Assembly (NCBI GenBank): GCA_016204975.1
Contig: JACQJP010000055.1
Span: 2,098-66,097 of the forward strand
Source: Elusimicrobiota bacterium
Lineage (GTDB): Bacteria > Elusimicrobiota > Elusimicrobia > JACQJP01
Reading direction: 5' to 3'
Length of the DNA stretch: 64,000 bases
The notes beneath the pieces are model-generated. The model was not told where the DNA came from, did not search any database, and was given only the letters and a program-made list of their open reading frames with translations. The position numbers and the translations under genes were made by a program. Shown here piece after piece: positions 19,196-28,264 of this stretch (the stretch's first letter is position 1; the number at the start of each line of letters is the position of its first letter).

Positions 19196-20155
19196 CTAAC
19201 GAGAGGCGGTCAGGAAGGTGGGCTCCTGTTCCTTCTGGTAGTAGGGGAAGGTCTTTCCCGCCAGGCCGGCGATCCACTCCTTCGCCTGGCGGTAGCTGCG
19301 GTTTTTCCCGGTCAAGACGCACAGCACATAGTCCCCCTGGGGACTGAAGATGATTCCGACATCGTGACAGGCCCGCCGCAAGAGCCCCGTCTTATGGGCC
19401 AGCTCCCAATCCGGGGGAAGCCTCTTGGCGATGCGCGTCCGCTGGGAACTCTTTTTTAGAATCTCCAGCATCCTGCGGCTCACTTCCCGATTGAGAAAAC
19501 GGCCCCGGTAGATTTTCTCCAGCAGCATCCCCATCTCCCGGGCGGTCGTATAGTTTTCTTCTCGAACGGGGCGCGAGGTCAAGTCCAGTCCCGCTTCCCC
19601 AATGTTGGTGTGGATCAGCCCCCAGGGCATAAACGCCCCTTTCAGATAATCCATGCCCACTAAATCCACCAACATCTGCATGGCGGTGTTGTCGCTGTCC
19701 GCGATGAGACGCTCCAAAACCGACTCCAGCGCAAACAGGGTGCCCGCCGACTGCCTCCGAAGCCGTCCGGATCCCTTCCGGCGATGCTGGGGCAGCAAAA
19801 CGACCGGAGTCGTCAGCGCAAGCTCCCCCTGGGCAATCCTTTGAAACACCGCCCCCATGACGGGGAGCTTGATCAGGCTGGCGCTGGGAAAAAGGCGATC
19901 CGCCTGATAGCTCCATTCCCGCGCGCTGCCCAGATCCTTGAGATAAATCCCCACCTCTCCCCGGTAGCCTTTGGCGGACTTTTCCAATCGCTTGACCATG
20001 GCTTCCCAAGTCGGGTCCGGAAGAAGGCCTGAATCCAAAACCGAAGAGGAGGAAGTCGAAGGGGGAAGATAGGCCCACAAGCAAACCGCCAAAAGGAGGC
20101 TCAGGAAAAAAACCCAAAAGCGGTAACTCCTGAGAACCCCACGCAGCCGAGGCAC
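19196..20155 (-). CDS. class A beta-lactamase-like serine hydrolase
   Basis: Signal peptide plus the SxxK (SLIK), SDN (ADSDNTAMQ) and KTG (AHKTGLL) motifs in the correct order. Confidence 0.65.
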   Translation of the reverse strand: MPRLRGVLRSYRFWVFFLSLLLAVCLWAYLPPSTSSSSVLDSGLLPDPTWEAMVKRLEKSAKGYRGEVGIYLKDLGSAREWSYQADRLFPSASLIKLPVMGAVFQRIAQGELALTTPVVLLPQHRRKGSGRLRRQSAGTLFALESVLERLIADSDNTAMQMLVDLVGMDYLKGAFMPWGLIHTNIGEAGLDLTSRPVREENYTTAREMGMLLEKIYRGRFLNREVSRRMLEILKKSSQRTRIAKRLPPDWELAHKTGLLRRACHDVGIIFSPQGDYVLCVLTGKNRSYRQAKEWIAGLAGKTFPYYQKEQEPTFLTASR

Positions 20156-20251
20156 CCCATCAGCCTAACAGGAGTTTTTATTTTCCGCAAGCCCCCGTCC
20201 CCCGCCACCGCGGAATATTGAAAAGGAGGGCCCTTTCTGATAGACTGGGCC

Positions 20252-21892
20252 GTGTCTTGGAAATTTTTTGGGCCCTGGATCTTGCTCCTGGCGGGGGCCC
20301 ACCTCTTCTTGGGTTTTCAAGCCATCCGCCATGCCGCCCCCGCCTACGATGAATCCTCGCACCTAGCCTCCGGATACACCTACTGGGCACACGGGCGCTA
20401 CCTCCTCAATAACCTCTATCATCCTCCCCTGGCCAGGCTCGCGGCGGCCCTGCCCCTATTGGCTTTAAAGCCCCTCCACTTCTCCCACCATCCGTATTGG
20501 ACCTCTTTGCGCCAGTATCCCTACGCCCATCTTTTCCTCTACGAAAACCGCTACCCGGCCGAGAAGATGCTCCACCTGGCCCGGGGGTTCCAGTTTGTGC
20601 TCTGGACCCTGGTCCTGGGCAGCTTTCTTTTTCTTTGGACCCGCCGGGTGGCGGGGCCCCTCGCCGCCGGGGCGGCGCTTTTTTTCCACGCCTTCTCCCC
20701 GAATATCCTGGGCTACGGCACTCTCATCACGACCGACTTCGCTCCCACCGTACTCTTCTTCACCCACTTCTACTGCCTCTACCGCTTCAATGAAAACTCC
20801 TCCAAAAAATGGAGCTGGGCCGGCGCGGCCGCAATCTTGGCCGGGCTGGCTCTGGGATCCAAATTCAGCATGGCCATCCTCCTGCCCATGGGCGTTCTCT
20901 TTTTCGCAGTCTTGCGGCAATGGAAGTTCCTTCCCCTCTACCTGGCCCTGGCCCTGTTGAGCCTGGCCGGCCTCTACCGGTTTACGGATTTTTCCCTGTA
21001 CTGGCAGGGTCTAGGCTACTTAGCCGGCGACCTGGAGCGCGGGCGCTCCTCCTTTCTCCTTGGAAATCACTCCACGACCGGATGGTGGTACTACTTTCCC
21101 GTCGCCATCCTGGTCAAGACTCCTCTGAGCCTGCTCCTGTCGGCCTCACTGGGAGCGGCGATCTGTGTTGCGGGTACCGGCCGGGAGGCCGGAGGCCTCC
21201 CGCGCGCCGGCACCCGCTTCCAAAAACTGATTCTGTTTCTGCCGCCGCTGCTGTATCTATTGGCCGCGTGCTCTTCCAAAGTTCAGATCGGCGTTCGGCA
21301 CGTGCTGCCGATCTACCCCTATCTCTTCCTGTGCGCCGGAGTGGGCGTCGCAGCCCTCTGGTCCCACAGGCGCTACGCTCTCCTGGTGCCGCTGCTTTGC
21401 TCCTGGCAGGGAATCAGTCTTTTTCGCGCCCATCCCTATCCCCTCACCCACTTCAATGAGTTGGCGGGAGGGCCCTCCGGGGGCTACCGAATCCTCACCG
21501 ACTCCAACCTGGATTGGGGGCAGGGCCTCCAGGCCCTGGGGGACTATCTGCGGGAGAGGGGATCGCCTTCCATCCTCCTTTCCTATTTTGGAACCGCCGA
21601 TCCGCATCATTACGGCATCCGTTACCTCCCCACACTCTGCGTGACCAATATTGAGCTTCCAGGGAACCTTCCCGCGTCCCAGAAAATGCCGGAGCTTTTG
21701 GCGGTCTCGGCGACCAACCTGCAGGGAACCTACTACGCCGACAAAGGGATCTGGGAGTGGCTCCGCGAGAGGCGCCCCCTCTTTCGAGCCGCCCACTCGA
21801 TCTTCCTCTATGATCTGAGCCGGGACCCGGAAGGCCTAAAAAGGGTGGGCAGGCTCCTCGGCGACTTCCATGGCGGCACGCAAAGAAATTAA
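20252..21892 (+). CDS. glycosyltransferase family 39 / ArnT-PMT-like (GT-C) membrane protein
   Basis: N-terminal YDESSHLASGYTYWAHGRYLLNNLYHPPLARL and about 11 TM helices. Confidence 0.7.
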   Translation: MSWKFFGPWILLLAGAHLFLGFQAIRHAAPAYDESSHLASGYTYWAHGRYLLNNLYHPPLARLAAALPLLALKPLHFSHHPYWTSLRQYPYAHLFLYENRYPAEKMLHLARGFQFVLWTLVLGSFLFLWTRRVAGPLAAGAALFFHAFSPNILGYGTLITTDFAPTVLFFTHFYCLYRFNENSSKKWSWAGAAAILAGLALGSKFSMAILLPMGVLFFAVLRQWKFLPLYLALALLSLAGLYRFTDFSLYWQGLGYLAGDLERGRSSFLLGNHSTTGWWYYFPVAILVKTPLSLLLSASLGAAICVAGTGREAGGLPRAGTRFQKLILFLPPLLYLLAACSSKVQIGVRHVLPIYPYLFLCAGVGVAALWSHRRYALLVPLLCSWQGISLFRAHPYPLTHFNELAGGPSGGYRILTDSNLDWGQGLQALGDYLRERGSPSILLSYFGTADPHHYGIRYLPTLCVTNIELPGNLPASQKMPELLAVSATNLQGTYYADKGIWEWLRERRPLFRAAHSIFLYDLSRDPEGLKRVGRLLGDFHGGTQRN

Positions 21893-24800
21893 AGAAATTG
21901 AGGCCCGAATCACCTTCCTTCTGTGGAGAGCGAGGTTCCAAAACCTGCTCTTCTGGACGGCCTCCGCCCTAAGCCTATTGAGTCTGACCCTCCTTCTGCT
22001 GCTTCTTTTGGACCGGAGGTTCTCCCTGCCCCATGGACTCCGCCTCCTGTCGGGCGGGGCACTGTGGGCGGCCGCTGCGCTCAGCGCGGCGGCCGTGGGA
22101 TGGCACCTCTTCGGAAGGATCCGCCCGATATGGATCATCCAGAAAATTCAGTCCCGTTTTCCGCAGATGCGCGATCATCTTCTGCACGCCTGGCTCCTGG
22201 GACGCGAGATTCAAGAGGGCCGCCTGCGGCACGTCTCGGAGGAGTTGGCCCAAAAGCATATCCTGGAAACCTTGCGCAGGCTCAGCGAGCTGCCGCTTCA
22301 AAAATGCCTGCGCCTGCCCGGAGACTGGAGAATCTTCTCCGGGTGGACCCTGGCCCTGTGCCTGCCCTTGTGGCTCGCGGGAAGGCCCGACTCCGGCCCC
22401 CGCGCCCTCCAGCGCCTGCTCGCACCCTGGAGGGACCCCACCCTGGAGGAGCTGCTGGAGATTTCTCCTAAAGATGCGGCAGTGGCCTGGGGGAACTCCG
22501 TCTCGGTCTCCGCCGCTTGGAAAACCCCTCAAAAGACTCCCCCGGAGCTCTGGGTGCGCGGAGCCTCCGGCCAAGCCCCTTACCAAAAGGGGTGGGAGAC
22601 GTCCCAGGAGACCTCCTATGCCTTCACCTTCCCGGAACTGACGCAGTCCCTGGAATACTGGATACAGTGGCAGGACCTGCGCACCCGCCGTTACCAGTTG
22701 CATCCCATTCCCGCCCCCCAGTTCTCCAGTCTGGAGATCACCCTGGAGTTTCCGGCCTATACGCAGAAGGAGAAGTGGAAGACCTCCGCAGGGGACCTGG
22801 AGGCGCCGGCCGGCACCCGCATCGAGTGGAGGGGCTTCTCCGAAGAGCTCCTTCGCAGCGCCTTCCTGCAGGTGCTGGGAGGCCCTAAAAAAATCCTGCG
22901 GCATATCCCTTCAAAAAAAGGCCCTCACCTCTACGCCGCTTCCCACAAACTCCAGGAATCGGCGGAATATTCTTTCCTTTTGGAAAACGCCTGGGGGGTG
23001 TCCAACCCCCATCCCATCCGCTACCGCATGGCTGTGCTCCCGGACCAAGCTCCACAGGTGGATCTCCTCTCCCCCACCTTCGAGGTTCAGATCGGCCCCC
23101 GAGGCATCCTGCCCCTGACGGTGCAGGCCTCAGACGACTACGGCTTGACGGAGATTTCCCTGGTTTACCAAAGAAGGCATCCCAACGCCCACCCCACCTC
23201 CACAGTGCTCAAAAGCCTGCGCCCCTCCGCCCCGCGCCACCTCCTCACCCACCTATGGCCGCTGGCTCCCCTGGCCCCTTCCCTGGGGGAAAAAATAGAC
23301 TTTTGGATCGAAGCCAAAGATGACCGCCCCCCCGCGCCCCAAACCGGACGCTCCCGAAAAAACACCCTCCTCCTCGTGGATTTTGAGGAAACACACCGGC
23401 AGAGCGAAGCGACCCTGGAGAAGTTTCGGGAAAAGCTCCTGGAAACCCTGGCGGAACAGATCGCCGCCCATGATCTATTGGCCCAAACTCTGCCGCAACT
23501 TCAACGCCTTCAGATTCCGCCCGAAACCCTTCAGGCGCTTCAAGCAAAACAGAACCGGGCGACTCAATCCCTGGAAGCCTCCCGGCGCCACCTGGAAGAA
23601 GGCCTCCAGGCCCTTTTGCGGGATCCCTACCTCAACCCTGCCGCCCTCTCGGAATACCAGGCCATGCAACAAAACCTTCAGGCCCTCGCTCAGGGCCCTC
23701 TCCAGGACCTCCAGGAGGCGCTCGCCCAACGGAGATGGCCGCAGGCCCAAAACCTGCAAAACTCCCTCATCTCGGAGCTGGAAAAAATGGCGCTCCTGGC
23801 GGAGGAGGTGCTGAAATTTCAGCGCATGCGGGACGTCTTGACCGCCTCCCACAGCGCGGAACTCTCCACCCAGCGCCTCTCGGGGCTCCTCAAAGAACTG
23901 GCGGAGCAGTCCTCCGCACTCTCGGCCGCCCAAGCCCAGGAGCTGGCCGGCCTCCTGGGACACATCCAGAAAGACCTGCAGGATATCTCCAGGCTCCTCC
24001 AGGAACTCCCCCAGGATCTGCCGGAGGAATTCGTCAACCGCGCCGCCGCAGATTCCCTGGAGCTTCCAGAGATGCACTCCCTAACCGCCGGGCTTTCGGC
24101 AGCCTTAAGAGCAGGCGACTTCCAAAAAGCGGCGGAGCTGGCCAGGGAGCTTTCCAGAAAGCTCCAGACCCTCAAACAAAAACTCGGGGAGGCCGTCTCC
24201 CAAACGGGCCTATCCCAAACCCGGTCCGTCGCCGGCTCCTTAGACAGCGAGGCTCAAACCCTTCGCCAACTGATCCAAGAACAGGCAAAAACAGTGGAGG
24301 CGATCCGCGCGCAGGAAGAAAAACGCCTCCGAAGACTGATGGCGGCGCAGCAGGACCTTCTGGAGAAGCTGGAAAAAAGGCAGAGGGCGGTTCTTGAAAA
24401 GGCGGGGGGGCTCGCGCCCCACCTGATCCCCCAGAACACCCTGGACACCATGCGGGCGGTGGAGAAGGAGTTCGCGGACCGACAAGTCCTCCATGCCCAG
24501 CTCTACCTGGACAAAATCCTCCAAGAGCTGGAAAACCAAAAGCGGACGCACCCCAAGCAGACCCCCAACCTGGACCCCATCCAGCAGGAGGAAGGGGACA
24601 TCCTCAAAGAACTGCAAAAGAAACTCCCCAGCCCGCCTTGGAGAGGGGGGGAGGCAAAGGAGTTCACACAGCTCTCCCAAAAGGAGCAAGGGATTGAGGA
24701 GAGGGTGCGCAACCTCCACCGAGAGCTTCAGGAGATGACCCGAAAGACGGCCCTGATTCCCCGCGCATTCTTCGAGAAGAGTCTCCAGGCTCAGGAGGAG

Positions 24801-25142
24801 CTGGGTCGCTCCTCTCAGGCCCTAAGCCAGGCACACTCCCAAGGGGGGCTGGAAAGCGCCCAGAAGGCCCTGGAGCTTCTTGAGGAGGGAAGCTCCCAAC
24901 TTCAGTCGGCGGCCTCCAGAAGAAAATCCCTGGAAAGCCTGGCGGGACAAAGCGTCTCCACCTTCTTGCCCACCCAGGGACTCACCCCCGCAGGAGGCAT
25001 GGAGACGGGCTGGGTAAAAATCCCGGAGCCCAAACCGCTCCCCAGCTCGCTGCGGGAGGAAATCCTCAAGGCGCTTCAAGAAAAACTTCCCCAGGCCTAT
25101 GAATCGGCGGTGGAAAAATACTTCAAAAAAATTGTTGAGTAA
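21870..25142 (+). CDS. large (1090 aa) N-terminally membrane-anchored coiled-coil, Gln/Leu-rich protein of unknown function
   Basis: Two N-terminal TM helices. It is followed by a mixed beta-rich region and a long Q/L/E-rich coiled coil. Its start overlaps the GT39 gene. Confidence 0.5.
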   Translation: MAARKEIKEIEARITFLLWRARFQNLLFWTASALSLLSLTLLLLLLLDRRFSLPHGLRLLSGGALWAAAALSAAAVGWHLFGRIRPIWIIQKIQSRFPQMRDHLLHAWLLGREIQEGRLRHVSEELAQKHILETLRRLSELPLQKCLRLPGDWRIFSGWTLALCLPLWLAGRPDSGPRALQRLLAPWRDPTLEELLEISPKDAAVAWGNSVSVSAAWKTPQKTPPELWVRGASGQAPYQKGWETSQETSYAFTFPELTQSLEYWIQWQDLRTRRYQLHPIPAPQFSSLEITLEFPAYTQKEKWKTSAGDLEAPAGTRIEWRGFSEELLRSAFLQVLGGPKKILRHIPSKKGPHLYAASHKLQESAEYSFLLENAWGVSNPHPIRYRMAVLPDQAPQVDLLSPTFEVQIGPRGILPLTVQASDDYGLTEISLVYQRRHPNAHPTSTVLKSLRPSAPRHLLTHLWPLAPLAPSLGEKIDFWIEAKDDRPPAPQTGRSRKNTLLLVDFEETHRQSEATLEKFREKLLETLAEQIAAHDLLAQTLPQLQRLQIPPETLQALQAKQNRATQSLEASRRHLEEGLQALLRDPYLNPAALSEYQAMQQNLQALAQGPLQDLQEALAQRRWPQAQNLQNSLISELEKMALLAEEVLKFQRMRDVLTASHSAELSTQRLSGLLKELAEQSSALSAAQAQELAGLLGHIQKDLQDISRLLQELPQDLPEEFVNRAAADSLELPEMHSLTAGLSAALRAGDFQKAAELARELSRKLQTLKQKLGEAVSQTGLSQTRSVAGSLDSEAQTLRQLIQEQAKTVEAIRAQEEKRLRRLMAAQQDLLEKLEKRQRAVLEKAGGLAPHLIPQNTLDTMRAVEKEFADRQVLHAQLYLDKILQELENQKRTHPKQTPNLDPIQQEEGDILKELQKKLPSPPWRGGEAKEFTQLSQKEQGIEERVRNLHRELQEMTRKTALIPRAFFEKSLQAQEELGRSSQALSQAHSQGGLESAQKALELLEEGSSQLQSAASRRKSLESLAGQSVSTFLPTQGLTPAGGMETGWVKIPEPKPLPSSLREEILKALQEKLPQAYESAVEKYFKKIVE

Positions 25143-25146
25143 CGTT

Positions 25147-26466
25147 TTGAAAAGTCTAGTTCTGATCCTGCTGCTTTTCTGGAGCCCGGCACAGCTTCGG
25201 CCGTCCTGGGCCGCCGTTCAGCCGGACTGGGAGCATCGCCAAAGCGCCCACTTTCTGCTGTACTACCAAAAACGGGACGGAATTCTCGTGGAAGGCTCCC
25301 TGGAGGCCTTAGAGAGCGCCTACCGGGAAATCGGAAACGATCTCCGCTATCATCCTCCGGATAAAATCCGGGTGGAGATCTACCGCACCAAAAAAGAATT
25401 CGCCCTCGCCTCCACCCTGGGAGAAAAAATTTTGGAGCATGCCGGGGTCATCGGCATCTACAAGTTCAACCGCCTCATGATCCTGACCCCCGAGGCCCTG
25501 GCCTTCGGGTACCGTTGGCAAGATGCCCTGGCGCACGAATACACCCACCTTCTGATCGACCGAATCTCTGCGGGACCCGACTACGGTCGGGGAGTGCCGG
25601 CTCAACACGCCTTTGGGGCCCGGCCTGCGGCCGCTGTCCCCCTGTGGCTCCATGAAGGAATCAGCAAGTACGAAGAAACCCGTTGGCGTCTGGCGACACC
25701 GCAGCCCCTAAGCCCGGGAGACTCCGATGAACTGGCCCAGGGCCTAGAGGCTTCCCGTCTCATCCCCTTCTCCGCCATGGAGCCCTCCCTGGTCTACCTG
25801 GACAGCCAGGAGGCGGTCTCCCTGGCCTTCGCCCAGGTGGCCCATGCCGTGGGGACCCTGGTTCAAACGCGTGGACCGGCGTCTCTGTCGGAGCTTTTGC
25901 GAAACCCCTCCCAACGGCCGGCCTTTACACAAGACTTCTACTTGGAATGGAAAGAGGCTCTGAAGGAAAATCCTCCGCCCCGCCTTCCGGGAGCCGCCAA
26001 AGGCCGCACCCACTTCAAAGGGGAAACGGAGGAGGTCTTCCTGGGAGCGGACCTGCGTGGGCTCATCCGCCTGGGGGACCGCTTCCGGCAAAGAAAGCTC
26101 CCGGAGATCGCCCTCCGAGAATACCGAAAGGCGCTGGAGCGGGAACCCTATAACCCCATCGCCCTCTACAAAACGGCCATGACCCTGCTGGAGACCCGCC
26201 GGAAGGATATCGCCCTGGAACACCTGGAAACCTCCACCCGCTACAATCCCCATCACGCCGCCGGCTGGATTCTTTTGGCGGATCAATATGTTACACTGAA
26301 GAACTGGGAGAAGGCGATCGCCGCATATACCGAGGCCCTCCGCATCAATCCCTTTAACCCCCATCCCTATCGGCAACTCCAGGTGATCCATACCCGGCTC
26401 GGAAACAAAGCGGAAGCGGAAAAACAGAATCAAAACCTGCAGCGGTTACAAACCGAGGGGCCATGA
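25147..26466 (+). CDS. secreted HExxH-motif (zincin-like) protein with C-terminal TPR repeats; carries an in-frame 55-bp repeat-element insertion
   Basis: Signal peptide, AHEYTHLL ... LHEGISKYEE, and C-terminal TPR repeats. The start lies somewhere among TTG codons at 25126-25147. Confidence 0.55.
   Translation: MKSLVLILLLFWSPAQLRPSWAAVQPDWEHRQSAHFLLYYQKRDGILVEGSLEALESAYREIGNDLRYHPPDKIRVEIYRTKKEFALASTLGEKILEHAGVIGIYKFNRLMILTPEALAFGYRWQDALAHEYTHLLIDRISAGPDYGRGVPAQHAFGARPAAAVPLWLHEGISKYEETRWRLATPQPLSPGDSDELAQGLEASRLIPFSAMEPSLVYLDSQEAVSLAFAQVAHAVGTLVQTRGPASLSELLRNPSQRPAFTQDFYLEWKEALKENPPPRLPGAAKGRTHFKGETEEVFLGADLRGLIRLGDRFRQRKLPEIALREYRKALEREPYNPIALYKTAMTLLETRRKDIALEHLETSTRYNPHHAAGWILLADQYVTLKNWEKAIAAYTEALRINPFNPHPYRQLQVIHTRLGNKAEAEKQNQNLQRLQTEGP
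25571..25625. repeat. 55-bp palindromic repeat element, copy A (in frame inside the HExxH-TPR gene)
   Basis: cgggacccgactacggtcggggagtgccggctcaacacgcctttggggcccggcc is near-identical to the copies at 37610-37663 and at 55204-55258 (reverse complement). It is translated as AGPDYGRGVPAQHAFGARPA. Confidence 0.7.
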
Positions 26467-27599
26467 CTCAAAACCTCCTTCAAAGCCTCTCTCCACCCCA
26501 GTTCAAACTCCTGCGCCAGATACGGAAATCGGCCCAAAAGTTCCGCCGCCCCGCCTATCTGGTGGGGGGATGCGTGCGGGACCTGCTCTTGGGAAAAAAA
26601 TCCCCGGACTGGGACGTGGCCACCGAAGGAGACCCTAGGCTCCTAGTGGAGGACTGTGCCCGCAGGTGGCGCAGGCCCTTTCACCAGCACGCCGCCTTCG
26701 GCACATACACCCTCACCCTTCGCACCTTGAGGATGGACTTCGCCACCTCCCGAAAAGAAACCTATCCCCATCCCGCGGCCCTGCCCCGGGTCTGGCCCGC
26801 CTCTATCGCCCTGGACCTTTTCCGAAGGGACTTCAGCATCAACTCCATGGCCCTCAAGCTCTGGCCGGAGCCTTTCGGAGAACTCCTGGACCCCTACGGA
26901 GGGCGCCGGGACCTTCAGGCTACGGTCCTGCGCGTGCTCCATCCGGGCAGCTTCGCGGACGATCCCACCCGCATCTTCCGCGCCGCGCGCTTCGCGGCTC
27001 GTTTCCGCCTCCGCCTCGATTCGGAGACAAAAGAATGGATGCAGCAGGCCCTCCGGGAACGGCTGCCGGATCATCTCTCCGAAGAACGTCTGAGCCATGA
27101 GCTCTGGAAGCTCCTGGAAGAAAAAGAGCCCCTACCGGCGCTTACCCTGCTCAAAAAATGGGGCGCCCTGACCTTTTTTCATCCACACCTGCGTCTGGCG
27201 CCAAAAATCTTCAAACCTTCGGATCCCATGACCCGCTTGGGGCTGTTTCTTTTGGAGCTGCCTTCTCCACAGGCCCAAGAACTCCTCGGGCGCCTGAAGC
27301 TGCCCAGGGAAAAAAGCCGGATCCTGCAGACCGCCCTGGAGGTCTGGGCCCAAAAGCAGTCTCCACTCCACCCCCTGCCGACGACCGCCTCCAAAATCCT
27401 GGCGGAGAAGCTGGGAGCCAAAAAGCTCTCGGCCCTAAAACCGATTCTTTTAACCGGCAAAGACCTCCAGGCTCAAGGAATTCCAGCCGGCAAAAACTAC
27501 AAAACCCTGCTGAAGAAGCTGGGAAAAGCCCAGTGGCGCGGCAAGCTCCGCACCCGCCCCCAAGCCTTCAAGCTCTTAAAATCCCTCCTCAGTTTGTAG
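26463..27599 (+). CDS. CCA-adding tRNA nucleotidyltransferase / poly(A) polymerase head-domain family
   Basis: LVGGCVRDLLLGKKSPDWDVATEGDP nucleotidyltransferase motif. Confidence 0.75.
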   Translation: MTQNLLQSLSPPQFKLLRQIRKSAQKFRRPAYLVGGCVRDLLLGKKSPDWDVATEGDPRLLVEDCARRWRRPFHQHAAFGTYTLTLRTLRMDFATSRKETYPHPAALPRVWPASIALDLFRRDFSINSMALKLWPEPFGELLDPYGGRRDLQATVLRVLHPGSFADDPTRIFRAARFAARFRLRLDSETKEWMQQALRERLPDHLSEERLSHELWKLLEEKEPLPALTLLKKWGALTFFHPHLRLAPKIFKPSDPMTRLGLFLLELPSPQAQELLGRLKLPREKSRILQTALEVWAQKQSPLHPLPTTASKILAEKLGAKKLSALKPILLTGKDLQAQGIPAGKNYKTLLKKLGKAQWRGKLRTRPQAFKLLKSLLSL

Positions 27600-27628
27600 C
27601 TCCCATGCAAAGATGTTAGAATCCCGCC

Positions 27629-28264
27629 ATGGACTGGATTCTTCAGCTTCCCATCCTGTTTTTTTCCGTGGTGATCCATGAGTTCTCCCACGGCTGGCTG
27701 GCCTTAAGACATGGAGACGATACCGCCTACCATTCGGGGCGCCTGACCCTCAATCCCCTTCCCCATATCGACCCCTTCGGCACGATCCTCCTGCCGGTCC
27801 TGTGCATCCTCTCCCACGCTCCGGTCTTCGGCTGGGCGAAACCGGTCCCCGTCAATCCCCTACGCCTGAACAATCCCTCCAGGGACATGGTCCGCGTCGC
27901 AGCGGTGGGGCCCCTCTCCAACATCCTCCTGGCCTTTTTGGCCGCTCTCCTGTTTCGCCTCAGCTTCGAACTCCCCGGCCTTCCCCGGGAGTTCCACTCC
28001 CTGCTGCGCCAGGTCCTGCACTTTACGGTCCAGATCAACCTCTTCCTGGCTGTCTTCAACCTCCTCCCCATCCATCCTTTAGACGGCAGTCAAGTGCTCT
28101 CCGGGCTCCTGCCGGACTCTTTGGGAGAAACCTACGACCGGCTGGCTCCCTACGGCTTTTTCCTCATCGTGTTTCTTCTGTGGACCGGCCTCCTAAGCCG
28201 AATCCTGATGCCTCCTGTCTCAATCCTTTACCAGAGCCTCCGGGCCTTGGGGCTCCTGCCATGA
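27629..28264 (+). CDS. site-2 protease (M50)-like membrane metalloprotease family protein
   Basis: HEFSHGWLA HExxH within a TM helix, followed by LNPLPHIDPFG. The gene is about 210 aa, as is typical. Confidence 0.65.
   Translation: MDWILQLPILFFSVVIHEFSHGWLALRHGDDTAYHSGRLTLNPLPHIDPFGTILLPVLCILSHAPVFGWAKPVPVNPLRLNNPSRDMVRVAAVGPLSNILLAFLAALLFRLSFELPGLPREFHSLLRQVLHFTVQINLFLAVFNLLPIHPLDGSQVLSGLLPDSLGETYDRLAPYGFFLIVFLLWTGLLSRILMPPVSILYQSLRALGLLP

Noticed and set aside
25120-25150. ttgttgagtaacgttttgaaaagtctag, resembling the MITE terminus TTTGCAAAAGTCC
   Set aside because: Only 10 of 13 positions match, with no partner terminus or internal homology. Likely coincidental.
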